Source of the DNA: Chlamydiota bacterium
GTDB lineage: Bacteria > Chlamydiota > Chlamydiia > Chlamydiales > RGXB01
DNA: 64,000 nt
Assembly: GCA_947494155.1 (NCBI GenBank)
Contig: CANLTW010000005.1
Span: 16,793 to 80,792 of the forward strand
Reading direction: 5' to 3'
Shown here: positions 19,274 through 29,620 of the stretch, one piece after another
How positions within the stretch are numbered: position 1 is the stretch's first letter
Layout: each line of letters opens with the position of its first letter
Translations under genes and position numbers: made by a program
Notes under the pieces: model-generated
Seen by the model: the letters and a program-made list of their open reading frames with translations, nothing else
Database searches by the model: none
What the model was told of the DNA's origin: nothing

Positions 19274-19987
19274 ATGCATAAGTACATCCAAAGAATTCTT
19301 ATAGCTTCCGTGATCGTAAGCCTTTTGCCGACTCTGCTTCGCGCCTTCCAAATACACGCCCCTATTCTGGAGTGGTTGTCCCTATCCAGCTTTGGGATCA
19401 AAGAGTGGAAATTATTTCAAATATTTACTTATCCTCTCCTTTTTTCGTTCGATATCCGCATGGACGCCCTTGCCCTTTTGGCCCCCCTTTTTATGGTATT
19501 CGTGGCGCGACTGGCCAACTTTTTTCTGGAGGTTGAAGGCCCAAGAAATCTTTTAAAGTTCTACCTGGGATCTTGTTTAGCCCCCTTTTTAGTCCTATTT
19601 GGAATCTTTTTGGCTACAGGACAAAATTTTATTTACTTTGGACCCCAGCCCCTATTTTATGCCCTGATCAGCTATAGTCTATTTGTATTGCCCGATTTAG
19701 AGCTTTTGTTCTTTATCTTTCCCATCCGCGCACGCAACTTTATATGGCTGGGTCTTGCACTCTCGCTCTTCTTCTCCATTGAATCGGGACAATATACCAC
19801 CCTGATCGCTACGGCAACCGGCGTTCTGTTCGGCTACCTCTACGGGTTGAAAACGCTCAAAAGGCACTCCCCCTTTACCGGCCTTAAGTTTCTCGAAAAA
19901 AGGCTCTTTCGCCTTTTCGAGTTTTTCAAAGCTCGCCAAAAATGTGTGATTGTCGATTTTAAAACGGGGCGCCAGATTCTAAAATAG
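19274..19987 (+). CDS. Rhomboid-like membrane protein, catalytic residues not evident
   Basis: WKLFQIFTYPL, multiple TM segments, FIFPIRAR; canonical GxSG and His are not seen. Confidence 0.55.
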   Translation: MHKYIQRILIASVIVSLLPTLLRAFQIHAPILEWLSLSSFGIKEWKLFQIFTYPLLFSFDIRMDALALLAPLFMVFVARLANFFLEVEGPRNLLKFYLGSCLAPFLVLFGIFLATGQNFIYFGPQPLFYALISYSLFVLPDLELLFFIFPIRARNFIWLGLALSLFFSIESGQYTTLIATATGVLFGYLYGLKTLKRHSPFTGLKFLEKRLFRLFEFFKARQKCVIVDFKTGRQILK

Positions 19988-20020
19988 CGACCCACAGGAT
20001 TATGTAAGGGACTGGTATCT

Positions 20021-20235
20021 ACCTAGCGCCAGGTTTAAAAGATTGCCCTTAAAACGATTGTGGGATCACTATAGCAGCCATCTAGCGCCAGGTTTTTGTA
20101 GGATTGGCCTTGAAAGAATTGTGGGATCACTATAGCAGCCATCTAGCGCCAGGTTTTTGTAGGATTGGCCTTGAAAGAATTGTGGGATCACTATAGCAGC
20201 CACCTAGCGCCGTGTTTTAAAAGATTGCTCTTTTA
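20021..20235. repeat. Intergenic ~61-bp tandem repeat, about 3.5 copies
   Basis: attgtgggatcactatagcagcca at 20057, 20118 and 20179; ctagcgcc at 20023, 20082, 20143 and 20204. Confidence 0.95.
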
Positions 20236-20261
20236 AGCCTTTTTACAAAAAAAGGTATGGC

Positions 20262-20501
20262 CTAACCTACGGGGGCCTCTTTAAGTAGGCTGCGCACTAA
20301 ACTGAGCATCCCTAACTGGCCGTGATACACCCCCTCTTCATAGAGAAATTCCTCATCTTTTGCCAGAGCAGGCCAGTCGAAGGGCTGGTTGAGCTCCTCT
20401 TCAGTAAACGGTTGCACCTTTTTTTGGCCGATCAACAGCAGTTTTTCTTTTTGATAAGAGATGGCCTTTTCTATCTCAAAAATAAGCTCACTTGTCTGCA
20501 T
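20262..20501 (-). CDS. Small conserved chlamydial hypothetical protein that follows tadA
   Basis: EELNQPFDWPAL...FLYEEGV resembles the small protein downstream of tadA in Chlamydia; overlaps the upstream ORF. Confidence 0.65.
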   Translation of the reverse strand: MQTSELIFEIEKAISYQKEKLLLIGQKKVQPFTEEELNQPFDWPALAKDEEFLYEEGVYHGQLGMLSLVRSLLKEAPVG

Positions 20502-20820
20502 AGTGCTCCCTTTCCAATTTGTGGACTAAAAACCTATCTAAAAAGCTTAGGTCCTGTAGATGTGTTTTTTTTAAAAAAATTACTTTATCCACTCGAGACA
20601 AAAGCAATAAACCCATCTCTTTTAAGGTGGGTTCTAAGACGCAATAAAGGGTGACGCCGTTTAGACGAAAATTTTTAAGCTCTTTATTCATAAAACACAC
20701 CGCTGAAAAAACCCCGTTTTTTCCCGAAAAAGAGCGAAATGTCTTCTCCTTAGTCAAAACCCAGACATGGTTCTCTTTTTCATGAAAATAGAGGGAAAAG
20801 AATTCCTCAATCGGGCTCAT
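20488..20820 (-). CDS. Catalytically dead TadA-like (deaminase fold) paralog
   Basis: LKNFRLNGVTLYCVLEPTLKEMGLLLLSRVDKVIF aligns with the TadA core but lacks HAE and PCxxC; ATGA overlap with tadA. Confidence 0.7.
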   Translation of the reverse strand: MSPIEEFFSLYFHEKENHVWVLTKEKTFRSFSGKNGVFSAVCFMNKELKNFRLNGVTLYCVLEPTLKEMGLLLLSRVDKVIFLKKTHLQDLSFLDRFLVHKLEREHYADK

Positions 20821-21257
20821 TTATTACGCCTTTGCTTAAAAAAACTTTGAATAATCTCTTTACACTCCTCTTGTAAGACAAATCTGGTAACCTCAATAGA
20901 AAGTTCTTTTTGTAAATCCACCACACTCCCCAAACATCCCCATCTGGGTTCGAATGTGCCGTAAACAATTTTTTTAACCCCCCTTTCCACAAGAGCCATC
21001 AGGCACATCAAGCAAGGCTCGTGCGTAACATACGCAACAGCATCTACCAAGATTTCCTTTTCTATATGAGATAGGGCAACCATCTCCGCATGGTAGGTTT
21101 GAGACCGGTTTTCTTCACAAGAATTACTTCCAATAGAGACGATCTCCCCCTGGTCAACGATCACCGCACCGATTGGAACCTCCCCTTTTTCAAAAGAATT
21201 CTTTGCAGCTTTTAGGGCTATTCTCATAAACCCCTCATCAATGGTTGCTTTATTCAC
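20817..21257 (-). CDS. tadA: tRNA adenosine(34) deaminase
   Basis: GEVPIGAVIV, HAEM, EPCLMC, C-terminal FFKQRR. Confidence 0.9.
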   Translation of the reverse strand: MNKATIDEGFMRIALKAAKNSFEKGEVPIGAVIVDQGEIVSIGSNSCEENRSQTYHAEMVALSHIEKEILVDAVAYVTHEPCLMCLMALVERGVKKIVYGTFEPRWGCLGSVVDLQKELSIEVTRFVLQEECKEIIQSFFKQRRNK

Positions 21258-21306
21258 TTTGATATGTTAAAATCCTTGAGATTAGTCTTGACGGAGATGA
21301 TTATAC

Positions 21307-21576
21307 ATGTCGCTAGATAAAGGCACAAAGCAAGAAGTCACAAAGAAGTTCCAATTGCATGAAAAAGACACCGGATCGGCCGATGTTCAGATTGCGATCT
21401 TGACTGAAAAAATTGCTGAGCTCAACGAACACCTCAAAATCTATACTAAAGATCACGCAACACGTTTAGCACTGATCAAAATGGTAGGACAACGCAGAAA
21501 ACTTCTCGACTACCTTAATACTACAGATACAGCGCGTTACACAAGCTTGATCACACGTCTCAAATTGAGAAAGTAG
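21307..21576 (+). CDS. rpsO: 30S ribosomal protein S15
   Basis: [25 protein letters not shown]. Confidence 0.98.
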   Translation: MSLDKGTKQEVTKKFQLHEKDTGSADVQIAILTEKIAELNEHLKIYTKDHATRLALIKMVGQRRKLLDYLNTTDTARYTSLITRLKLRK

Positions 21577-21580
21577 TTCC

Positions 21581-21627
21581 TTTTTTCGCTCTTTTTTTCT
21601 ATATGTCAGAAAAAAAGAGCGAGAAAG
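21581..21627. terminator. Hairpin between rpsO and copN (terminator-like)
   Basis: ttttcgctctttttttct / agaaaaaaagagcgagaaa inverted repeat. Confidence 0.6.
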
Positions 21628-21630
21628 CAT

Positions 21631-22809
21631 TTGTCAGACGATCGGGTTCACGGGATCAACCCAGCCGGTGATGCGGCGCAAAAAATTCGCCAGCAACAAC
21701 AGGCTCAAGAAAATTCTGCTCTATTAGCTGAAGAAGTCATGATCGAGGCCTCCGATGAGGAGTTTCAGGAATGGTGTGAAACTGCCGCTTTTAACCCCTT
21801 AGCAGCGAATAATCGGGCTCAAGAGCTCGCAAAGCGACTACGGAATCCGAAGAAAGAGGAGTCGAGCGAGACCAAAGAAAAAGAGTTGGACCTACAGATC
21901 GTTGAAGAGATCTCGCAAGTAGCCGAAGAATTTTCGAGAAAAAACCCCGAATTCAATACCCGTGCTTTGATAGCACTTAGCCTAATCATATCGGCTGAAG
22001 ATTCCATAGAAACTATTTTAGAAAAATTATTTGCCAGCTATCCCGATGCCTATCTAGTGGACGAGGCTATCGAGTTTCTTTTAAGGATTACCAAAGAGAC
22101 AAATTCCCTTTTTGCCAAGCTTCTCGAAGCAAAAGCGCTTTTGCAAAAGAATTTTGAGCGGGAGATTCTCATTGGAAAAAACATTTCGCAAGAAGCGAGG
22201 GAGTTTTCTGAAAAGGGGCTGGGAAATGCCACAGGATTAAGAGATCTTTACAAGTGGGTCACTGGTACCGAGCAGGAACCTCTCAGGGTTTTTGAGGATT
22301 TGGTAAAAAAATTCCCCTATGAACAAATGAAGTCGGTACTGGCGTTTCTTTTGCATTCGTTAGGTTCTGATATAAAATCCAAAGGGCCGTCAATGGATCC
22401 TTTGGAGCTGCAAAAGCTTTTTGCCGAAACGCGCACGATGCAGGCGATTTTGGGAGTTTATCTGTTTTTCATGGGGCGCATGAATTTTCTTGAACGGCAA
22501 TTTGGGCGTTACGGCGAACCCAAACCTGAAGAGATCAACTTTGAAACTTTAGCCAAAATTTTTATCCAGTTACTTGCTGAAAAATATCCTAGTGTAGGGA
22601 GAGTGCTGCAACTTGCTGCGCAGCTGCAAATTAGTAATTCTCTCATTGCCCAAATGATTATTTTTTCTAATTACCGCGATTCTTTAAGGTATGTATCCCC
22701 CCGCCTTTTTAAAAACGAGAAACAGCGCCAGGATCTTTTGCAAGCACTCATAGAGTGTGTGAGCGAGCTTGACGAAAAAATTGAGGAGATGGACGAGGAG
22801 GAGGAATAA
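21631..22809 (+). CDS. copN: Type III secretion gatekeeper CopN/SctW
   Basis: FSRKNPEF, YPDAYLVDEAIEFL, IGKNI, LRDLY, DIKSKGPS, VSPRLF; followed by a chaperone and malQ as in Chlamydia. Confidence 0.88.
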   Translation: MSDDRVHGINPAGDAAQKIRQQQQAQENSALLAEEVMIEASDEEFQEWCETAAFNPLAANNRAQELAKRLRNPKKEESSETKEKELDLQIVEEISQVAEEFSRKNPEFNTRALIALSLIISAEDSIETILEKLFASYPDAYLVDEAIEFLLRITKETNSLFAKLLEAKALLQKNFEREILIGKNISQEAREFSEKGLGNATGLRDLYKWVTGTEQEPLRVFEDLVKKFPYEQMKSVLAFLLHSLGSDIKSKGPSMDPLELQKLFAETRTMQAILGVYLFFMGRMNFLERQFGRYGEPKPEEINFETLAKIFIQLLAEKYPSVGRVLQLAAQLQISNSLIAQMIIFSNYRDSLRYVSPRLFKNEKQRQDLLQALIECVSELDEKIEEMDEEEE

Positions 22810-23273
22810 TGAACTTTGCTCAACTGGTCGATGAGTTATCCGAGTTGCTTGGAATGGAGCTATCCATCGATAAAAATAGGGCCGTACGCTTTGTTTTGGA
22901 TCGCACAATAAAAATGCAATTAGAGTTCCACTCTTTCAAAGAGGCATTTTGCCTCATCATACCGCTTGAACAGCTCCACCAAGGGATGCGTAGGGAGGAG
23001 GTTTTAAAAGCTGCTTTAAAATCCAATCACACCTTTCGTCCTAAAGGGGGGCATTTTGGATACGTGGAAAAAAAAGGGTACCTTGTTCTCTTTAGTTATA
23101 TCCCCTTATCCATAGCAACAACTAAAATCGTTTTTGACGAGATGGTTCTTCTTTCGCAACAGGCTAGAGCCTGGCTTGAGGCCTTCAGTTCGGGACAAAG
23201 TGCCCCCCAAGGCGCTTTTGAAGAGAAAAATTTACCTCGTACTTCCCTTTTTAATGCGTTTGAAAAAAAATGA
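22809..23273 (+). CDS. scc1: Type III secretion class I chaperone (CesT/SycE family, Scc1-like)
   Basis: Small protein coupled to copN; VLKAALKSN, GHFGYV. Confidence 0.78.
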   Translation: MNFAQLVDELSELLGMELSIDKNRAVRFVLDRTIKMQLEFHSFKEAFCLIIPLEQLHQGMRREEVLKAALKSNHTFRPKGGHFGYVEKKGYLVLFSYIPLSIATTKIVFDEMVLLSQQARAWLEAFSSGQSAPQGAFEEKNLPRTSLFNAFEKK

Positions 23274-24688
23274 TCGGAATCGCAACACCCCTCTCCTTTT
23301 TAAGGTCTCATAAAAGCCAGGGCATTGGGGATCTGGAAGATCTCAAACAGCTGATTGATTGGGCAAGCTCGCTCAAATTAAACGTGATTCAACTCCTCCC
23401 CATCTCAGATACCGTTTTTGAGAGCTCCCCCTACTCGGCTATCTCCTCAATTGCTCTTCATCCGATTTACCTAAGACTTCCCCAGTCCACCCCGTTTTTA
23501 GACTATCTCAATCAACAAGACCGGTTGAGTTACTCAACGGTCTACCAGGAAAAAATGCGTCTTTTGAGTCTATTACCTTTTGAATCTCTAGATCCCAATT
23601 TTTTAGAAAAATACCCCTCACTTTTGGAGTACGCTGTCTATAAAACTTTGAAAGAGGAGTCCCACTTTACTAGCCACGAAACCTTTATTTTCCAAAACTG
23701 CACCCCCGAGGAGATTTTGAAAGAAAAAGGTTCCTCGTTTTCCCAAAGAGTGGAGTTTCACCTAAAACTCCAGCAGCACCTATTTAAAAAATGGAAAGAG
23801 ATCGCGACCTACGCTCGGCAAAAACAGGTGCATTTGATGGGGGATCTTCCTATTTTGGTTTCCAGAGAGAGCCACGAAGTTTTTTTTCATCCGGAACTTT
23901 TTGATCTGCATTATGACGCCGGAGCCCCACCCGATGCGTTTGCCCCTCAAGGGCAAAACTGGGGTCATCCAATTTACAACTGGCCCAATCATGAGAAGGA
24001 TGGTTTCACCTTTTTCCTTCGCCGAAGAGATCTTCTACAAGAGTTTTTTACCCTCTATCGGATTGATCATGTGATCGGTTTTTTCCGATTTTGGAAAATA
24101 CCTAAAGGGGAAAAAGGGATTCACGGAGCATTTAGTTCTGATGACCCCAAAGAGTACCTGCCTAAGGCTAAAAAAAGGCTTGAAGCGCTTTTAAAAAATA
24201 CACTCAACCCAGATCAAGCGGTGACAATCAAACCGATTGCAGAGGATCTTGGCGCAAAACCCCCTGGGATGGAGGAACTGCTCAAAGAGATGCGTATCCC
24301 CGGGATGGCGGTTTTACTCTGGACAGAGGATCCAAATAACAACCCAGTCGAGAGCCTTTCCACCCTTTCTTTACATGACACCTCGCTTTTAGCCTCCTGG
24401 TTTCGTCAAGAGACGGGGCGCACTATAAATGATGAGGAGCGTTTTACCCTTTTCAAGCTTTCTTTACAAGCACCCTCGATGTTCAAAATAAACCTTCTGC
24501 AGGAGTTTTTAGCTCTTGTACCCGAGTACAGATTTTTGTATGACGAATTAGAACAGATCAATATCCCGTCGACAGTTTCACCCGCAAACTGGACAGTGCG
24601 TATGAAGGGATGCTTAGAACAGATCCAAGAAAATACAGACCTTGCCACAAAGATCACATCTTTGTTAGAGTCAGTTTATGATCCTTAG
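23270..24688 (+). CDS. malQ: 4-alpha-glucanotransferase (amylomaltase, GH77)
   Basis: QLLPISDT, SSPYS, GAPPDAFAPQGQNWG, RIDHVIGFFR, AEDLG, HDT. Confidence 0.95.
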   Translation: MIGIATPLSFLRSHKSQGIGDLEDLKQLIDWASSLKLNVIQLLPISDTVFESSPYSAISSIALHPIYLRLPQSTPFLDYLNQQDRLSYSTVYQEKMRLLSLLPFESLDPNFLEKYPSLLEYAVYKTLKEESHFTSHETFIFQNCTPEEILKEKGSSFSQRVEFHLKLQQHLFKKWKEIATYARQKQVHLMGDLPILVSRESHEVFFHPELFDLHYDAGAPPDAFAPQGQNWGHPIYNWPNHEKDGFTFFLRRRDLLQEFFTLYRIDHVIGFFRFWKIPKGEKGIHGAFSSDDPKEYLPKAKKRLEALLKNTLNPDQAVTIKPIAEDLGAKPPGMEELLKEMRIPGMAVLLWTEDPNNNPVESLSTLSLHDTSLLASWFRQETGRTINDEERFTLFKLSLQAPSMFKINLLQEFLALVPEYRFLYDELEQINIPSTVSPANWTVRMKGCLEQIQENTDLATKITSLLESVYDP

Positions 24689-26195
24689 GTCCTTGGCATT
24701 TTTATTTTTATCCATCACTTCAAAAGAGAAAATCGACACGCTTTATCATAAAATTGATCCCTATTCTATCTCCAAACAGCTCGCATTTTATGAGCTTTAC
24801 CCGGAAACCCCAATGGGGAAAAAGGCCTTGCAAAGGGCTCTCGATCTCATTAATATCCATCGCCCGCTGTCAGACCAAATCGATTGTAAAGTAAAAATTC
24901 CCCCTTTTAACCCCAATCTAATCATCAGCTTATCCTCGCAACTCCCCAAAAAAGGGATGGAAAATATCACCGAAAGTGAACTTTTAACCATTCAAAAAAT
25001 GGCTTCGCATCTAAGCAATAGAAGACTCAAAGGTTTTAATGTGAAAAACCTTGAAGAGGCCAAAGAGATCGAAACTGATCAGATTGATCTAACCCGTTTT
25101 CTTTTGCTTGAGCTTGTTGAGGACCCAAAACAGCGCCTTTTTTACGAGGCAACCGTCGACTTGATGGCACTCGAAATTTTAGCCCATTTGCCAAAAGGGG
25201 CCAGCTTAGAGGAAAAATTGGAAAAAATTTCCTCGTACGTTTTTCACGACATGGAGTATAGATTTCCTCCCCAATCCATTTGGGTAGAAGAGCTCAATTC
25301 CTACACCCTTTTGCCGACGATTCTCGATAGCAGATTTGGGGTTTGCCTCGGTGTAAGTACTTTGTACCTAGCCTTAGCTCAAAGACTTGATCTCCCGCTA
25401 GTCCCTATAACGCCGCCAGGGCACATTTTTGTACGATTTGAAAATCGAAATACGGCGATTAATATCGAAACGACTGCAAGGGGGATTCATCTTCCCGATT
25501 CCCACTATCTTTCAGTACAAACAAAATCTTTGCAAAGAAGAACGATTCGTGAAGTGATTGGGCTCAATTTTATGAACCAGGGGGCGCTATTCTGGCAACA
25601 AAACAATCATAAAAAAGCGATTGAAGCCTATACTATCGCCGAAAAATATATGGGAGAAGATCCCCTGCTTATGCGCTTTAAAGGGCTTCAACACCTCTTT
25701 TTAGGCGAAGAAGAGATCGCACTAAAAATTTTGAAAAAAATTCGTCATGTTACACTTGAAGGGTCTACATGTAAAGATTCCCAAATCGATGATCTCATTG
25801 CAAAAAATATCGATGCTGAAGGGATCAAACTATTGTACGATAAAGAGGGAAACGAGCGTAATGATATCGAAAAACAGATCCAACGTCTCGAAAATAAAGT
25901 GGAAAAGTTTCCAAAGTTTAGAGACGGCTTTTTTCATCTTGCAGGTGCGTGGCTTGGTCTGAATAGAACAAAAGAGGCCTATGAGGCGCTTTTAAAGTAT
26001 CACCAAATAGACTCTAATAATCCTGTTGTGGAGTATTATCTAGCAGCTTTGGCTTTGGATCGGATGCTACTTAAAGAGGGTAAATTCCATCTTCAAAAAG
26101 CACAAGAGCTTTTGAAAGAGCAATCCTACTCGCCCGATGTGTTAAAAACTCTCTATCTCTCCTACAAGAAAGAAGATCCTACTTTTGATTTTTAA
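24678..26195 (+). CDS. Transglutaminase-like (SirB1-type) domain plus TPR protein
   Basis: GVCLGVSTLYL, TPPGHIFVR, INIETTARG, C-terminal TPR-like helices. Confidence 0.75.
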   Translation: MILRSLAFLFLSITSKEKIDTLYHKIDPYSISKQLAFYELYPETPMGKKALQRALDLINIHRPLSDQIDCKVKIPPFNPNLIISLSSQLPKKGMENITESELLTIQKMASHLSNRRLKGFNVKNLEEAKEIETDQIDLTRFLLLELVEDPKQRLFYEATVDLMALEILAHLPKGASLEEKLEKISSYVFHDMEYRFPPQSIWVEELNSYTLLPTILDSRFGVCLGVSTLYLALAQRLDLPLVPITPPGHIFVRFENRNTAINIETTARGIHLPDSHYLSVQTKSLQRRTIREVIGLNFMNQGALFWQQNNHKKAIEAYTIAEKYMGEDPLLMRFKGLQHLFLGEEEIALKILKKIRHVTLEGSTCKDSQIDDLIAKNIDAEGIKLLYDKEGNERNDIEKQIQRLENKVEKFPKFRDGFFHLAGAWLGLNRTKEAYEALLKYHQIDSNNPVVEYYLAALALDRMLLKEGKFHLQKAQELLKEQSYSPDVLKTLYLSYKKEDPTFDF

Positions 26196-26302
26196 AAAAA
26201 TGGTCTTAAACTAACTGAGAATCAATTTAAAATATTTTTTTGAAAAATCCTTTGAATTCTAAAATTCAAATCTTTATGGGAAAGAAAAAAAGGATCAAAT
26301 AA

Positions 26303-26839
26303 ATGCTGAAAAAAATTCTGTTTTTTTCCCTATTTTGTGCGCTTTTGCACGCTGAGCCCATCGTTCTTGTTGAGATAAAAGGGCCAAAACTATTTTTTAA
26401 AGATGGATCGGTCTATCGGTTAAATAAAGAGAGTACCGCCCGCTTCTCAGAAAAATCTCTCGGGGGCACTTTTGATGTTGTTCGCCTTGGAAAAGCGGAT
26501 CGAAGAAGATCCTACGACACCCAAATCAAAAATTCCTCAGGTACGTTTTTTGCACAAAGGGTTGCCGAGAAAACCGAGTGGAGACAGGTTAGCTTGATGA
26601 AAAAAAGCGGAGTTGTGAAAGCTGATAAGCCTATCAACTACTCCCGTCTTGTAGTTATTAGTCAAAATGATCGGGTTGTAAAGCTTTCTGACGGTAGCAT
26701 CTTTGAAGCCCAAACCATCCTGCCCGAGCGAAAAATCGAGGGGGAAGAGGTTTCTATTGAAAAAGTAGAATTCTACCAAATCAAAACAAAACCGGGCGAA
26801 AAGATTTTGATGAAACAGGTAAGACGTAACAACTCTTAA
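26303..26839 (+). CDS. Hypothetical exported protein
   Basis: Signal peptide MLKKILFFSLFCALLHA; internal repeat FFKDGSVY / KLSDGSIF. Confidence 0.65.
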   Translation: MLKKILFFSLFCALLHAEPIVLVEIKGPKLFFKDGSVYRLNKESTARFSEKSLGGTFDVVRLGKADRRRSYDTQIKNSSGTFFAQRVAEKTEWRQVSLMKKSGVVKADKPINYSRLVVISQNDRVVKLSDGSIFEAQTILPERKIEGEEVSIEKVEFYQIKTKPGEKILMKQVRRNNS

Positions 26840-26865
26840 TCTCTCATCTATGTTTTTGTAAAATT

Positions 26866-26898
26866 AAAGGGGTTTGCCAGGGCAATACCCCTTTTTTT
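26866..26898 (+). terminator. Rho-independent terminator
   Basis: aaaggggtttgcc-ag-ggcaatacccc followed by a T run. Confidence 0.7.
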
Positions 26899-27073
26899 AT
26901 CCCATCAAACCCTCCTTAAGTTTTTTTAACGTTTTAGAAATACTGGAAATTTTAGTCCAAAGAGTGCTTAATATAGCCCTAAAAATTGTGATCTTGAATA
27001 TTTGTATTAAAAAAGCTTGCCAAAATGCAAAATAATTTTTATCAACGATTTCAAGGTTAAGGAGGATTCAACT

Positions 27074-29620
27074 ATGGACGTCGATTTTTCCGCATCCATC
27101 ATTCATATTCTCAACAAAGCCTTTTTTTTGGCCAAAGAGGAAAAATTTACCGAAGTAAGCGATGCCCTTTTTTTAAAAATTTTGCTTGAGGAGGGGGCGA
27201 TCTTTTCCTCTTTGGTACACGATTTCGAAACCAAACTCCCCTCATATAAAGAAAAGTTAAGTGAAGAGATAAAAAAAACGCCCCGTTTTATCCAAGATAT
27301 TGGGGAGCCAAAACCCTCCGCCTCTCTACAACAGCTCCTATTTAAAGCCGAAAAAATAAAAAAACAACTAAAAGACTCTTACACAAGCGAGCCCCATTTT
27401 CTCCCCCCCTTTTTAGAAAAATTTGGGCTAACTGAAGATGAGGGATTAAAAAAAATTCAAGCATTTACTTTAGGGAGATCTATGGACAGTCCCACAAGTG
27501 ATCAGACACTGAAAGCATTGGAAAAATATACCAGAAACCTCTCTGATCTGGCGGTCAAAGGGAAGTTAGATCCGGTTATTGGACGCGATGAGGAGATTTT
27601 AAGGACCATGCAGGTACTTTGTCGGCGGACAAAAAACAATCCTATTTTGATAGGGCAACCAGGGGTGGGTAAAACAGCGATTGCTGAAGGGTTGGCAGTG
27701 AAAATAGTCCAAAAAGAGGTCCCCGATGCGATCGCAAATAAAACGGTACTCGCCTTGGATTTAGCCGAGCTCGTAGCCGGAACTAAGTTCCGTGGAGAAT
27801 TTGAAGAGCGGCTAAAAGCTGTTCTTAAAGAGATCGAAGCTAAGGAGGGTTCGGTTATATTGTTTATAGATGAGGTGCACACGCTTGTTGGGGCCGGTTC
27901 CGCAGAGGGCTCCATGGATGCAGCGAACCTGCTGAAACCTGCCCTTGCAAGAGGGGTGCTGCACGCGATTGGGGCCACAACTCTGGCAGAGTACCAAAAA
28001 TATATCGAAAAAGACCCTGCCCTCGAACGACGATTCCAGCAAATTCTTATTGAAGAGCCAACCCAAGATGAGGCCCTAGCAATTTTACGCGGACTTAAAG
28101 AGCGTTATGAATCTTTTCATGGGGTGCAAATCACTGAGGAGGCCTTGCGCGCTGCAGTGCATCTTTCCTATCGCTACATCAGTGATCGATTCTTACCCGA
28201 TAAAGCGATCGACTTGATCGATGAAGGGGCTAGCTTAATTCGCATGCAAGTAGGATCTACCCCGCTACCTATCGATCAAATGAAGCGAAAAATAGCCTCT
28301 TTGATGATCAAACTTGAAAATGTCAAGGGCTCAAAAGCGGATGAAGCGTCTATTGAAGAACAGATTACGCAACATCAGCGCCATTTGAAGGATCTTTCGG
28401 ATCAGTGGGCCCTTGAGAAAAAGTTCATCGATGCAATCAATGCCAAAAAAAACCAACTTGAGAAAATCAAATTCCAAGAGGAGCTGGCTGAGCGTAATGC
28501 GGATTATACCCTTGTCGCAAAGCTCCGTTATAAAGATCTTCCCGAAGTGATGTCTCAGATGCATGAGATGCAAAAAAAATTGCACGAGCTCCCCTCCCGA
28601 CTGGTGCGAGAAGAGGTTGATGAAGCTCTGATTGCACAAATTGTGGGGCGTATGACCTCAATTCCTGTCGAAAAGATGGTGGAAAAAGATAAAGAGACTC
28701 TTCTAAGACTTGAAGAAAGACTACACGATCGGGTGATCGGGCAGCATGAGGCGATTGTTTCCATTGCTGAAGCGATAAGAAGAAGCCGTAGCGGGCTGTC
28801 CGATCCTAAAAGGCCTATTGGATCCTTTCTTTTTATGGGTCCGACAGGGGTAGGAAAAACCGAGCTTGCGAAGGCTCTCGCTGAACTCTTATTTAATCAA
28901 GAAGAGGCGTTGATACGGCTGGATATGTCCGAGTACATGGAAAAGCATAGCGTTTCCAAACTCATCGGCTCACCCCCGGGGTACGTAGGTTACGAGGAGG
29001 GGGGGCAACTCACCGAAGCGATTCGGCGACACCCTTACGCGGTTATTCTTTTGGATGAGGTGGAAAAAGCCCATCACGACGTTTTCAACATTCTTTTGCA
29101 AGTTCTTGACGACGGGAGAATCACCGATAGTAAAGGGAGGGTCGTCAACTGCCGAAATGCTTTATTCATTCTGACTTCTAATATCGGATCTGACAAAATT
29201 TTGGAGGAACTCGAACAAAGAGGCGAGCTCGATCAAAAACAGATGCAAACCCTCCTTGAGCCGGTATTAAGAAGCTATTTCAGACCCGAATTTTTAAATC
29301 GTCTTGACGCAATCATCCCTTTCCACCCCTTGAGATTGGTTGATATGGAAAAGATTGTACTGCTACAGATGCACCAGGTGGAAAAAAGGCTTGAGGAGAA
29401 AAAAATCCAGCTCTCGTTAACAAAAAAGGCGGTTGAGTATCTTGCTCAAAAAGGGTACGACCCTATTTTTGGCGCAAGACCTTTGAAGAGATTGATCAGC
29501 CAAGAGATTGTGAATTTAATGGCCAAGGAAATTCTTAACGGGCATATAGGTGCTAAAAGCCACATCCGCATCGATAGGAAAAATGACAGACTTATACTTG
29601 AAACTATAGAAGAGACATGA
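27074..29620 (+). CDS. clpB: ClpB disaggregase (likely start at ATG 27074 after aaggagg)
   Basis: [20 protein letters not shown]-domain coiled coil, [27 protein letters not shown]. Confidence 0.96.
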   Translation: MDVDFSASIIHILNKAFFLAKEEKFTEVSDALFLKILLEEGAIFSSLVHDFETKLPSYKEKLSEEIKKTPRFIQDIGEPKPSASLQQLLFKAEKIKKQLKDSYTSEPHFLPPFLEKFGLTEDEGLKKIQAFTLGRSMDSPTSDQTLKALEKYTRNLSDLAVKGKLDPVIGRDEEILRTMQVLCRRTKNNPILIGQPGVGKTAIAEGLAVKIVQKEVPDAIANKTVLALDLAELVAGTKFRGEFEERLKAVLKEIEAKEGSVILFIDEVHTLVGAGSAEGSMDAANLLKPALARGVLHAIGATTLAEYQKYIEKDPALERRFQQILIEEPTQDEALAILRGLKERYESFHGVQITEEALRAAVHLSYRYISDRFLPDKAIDLIDEGASLIRMQVGSTPLPIDQMKRKIASLMIKLENVKGSKADEASIEEQITQHQRHLKDLSDQWALEKKFIDAINAKKNQLEKIKFQEELAERNADYTLVAKLRYKDLPEVMSQMHEMQKKLHELPSRLVREEVDEALIAQIVGRMTSIPVEKMVEKDKETLLRLEERLHDRVIGQHEAIVSIAEAIRRSRSGLSDPKRPIGSFLFMGPTGVGKTELAKALAELLFNQEEALIRLDMSEYMEKHSVSKLIGSPPGYVGYEEGGQLTEAIRRHPYAVILLDEVEKAHHDVFNILLQVLDDGRITDSKGRVVNCRNALFILTSNIGSDKILEELEQRGELDQKQMQTLLEPVLRSYFRPEFLNRLDAIIPFHPLRLVDMEKIVLLQMHQVEKRLEEKKIQLSLTKKAVEYLAQKGYDPIFGARPLKRLISQEIVNLMAKEILNGHIGAKSHIRIDRKNDRLILETIEET

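Noticed and set aside
20021..20235. CRISPR array
   Set aside because: The intervening segments are identical or homologous rather than unique spacers, and there are no cas genes in the window
26944..26971. CIRCE (HrcA) operator upstream of clpB
   Set aside because: Only a right-half-like gagtgctta is present; the position 9 bp upstream does not match TTAGCACTC
27017..27073. N-terminal extension of ClpB from TTG 27017
   Set aside because: A strong aaggagg RBS precedes ATG 27074
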